Source: Zygophlyctis sp. KS116
Taxonomy: Eukaryota; Fungi; Chytridiomycota
DNA: 32,000 nucleotides
NCBI GenBank assembly: GCA_054661495.1
Contig: BAAFSQ010000004.1
Location: 70,200 to 102,199 of the forward strand
Direction of reading: 5' to 3'
This document shows, in pieces, positions 31,803 to 32,000 of the stretch. Position numbers and translations under genes: made by a program. The number at the start of each line of letters is the position of its first letter. Within the stretch, counting starts at the first letter, position 1. The notes beneath the pieces were generated by a model. It searched no databases, was not told the origin of the DNA, and was given only the letters and a program-made list of their open reading frames with translations.

Positions 31803-32000
31803 TTTGTTTCAAGGCGGAAAATTGGCTTAAATCGGACGACAAAGTTTATAATTTCTACAATTATATTTAATAACAACAGTTGAAATCAATGATTCTAATT
31901 ACAAAGTCAGATCAACTTTCTTGTGTGTAATCTCATCTGTCCGGAAACGATGATGCAAAATTAAATTTAAAAAATAGTCTCAGAATAAATAACTTGATTT

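Noticed and set aside
31803-32000. Possible box C/D snoRNA or end of a neighbouring gene
   Set aside because: Only partial box-like words, no terminal stem, and the region is cut by the window edge.

Overview
This is eukaryotic, AT-rich, wall-to-wall genic DNA in the standard genetic code. It most likely comes from an early-diverging (chytrid-like) fungus; that is an inference from gene content (WD40-bearing ATG16, Shank-like SPN-ankyrin protein, H2A ending SQEY, fungal-type ACS/PHO8/Snt1). The ORF track is fragmented because genes are split by very small GT-AG introns. I rebuilt 22 genes by hand using 45 introns, all 24-33 nt long. Most intergenic gaps are about 25-125 bp, and some convergent stop codons are only 1-2 nt apart. 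Genes in order: FAHD1, acetyl-CoA synthetase, a Cys-rich Zn-finger protein with a possible GNAT-like tail, a possible Nse5/SIMC1-like protein, ARMC8, a sterol esterase/lipase, a Shank-like protein, an AGFG-type ArfGAP, ATG16L, KGD2, H2B, H2A, PHO8, MEMO1, a stand-alone cNMP-binding protein, AFG1, RPS20, a Gon7-like 53-aa ORF missing from the track, a ZC3H3-like protein, mitochondrial bS21, Snt1/NCoR and a GRIP golgin. Two islands lack conserved genes. One is a T-rich minisatellite (23617-23927). The other is a ~1.6-kb region (27893-29554) with a 512-bp near-identical direct duplication carrying an orphan 77-aa ORF, nested with a 44-bp inverted repeat whose three copies each precede an ATG. All gene models are manual predictions without transcript data, and homology calls come from recalled family motifs, not database searches.
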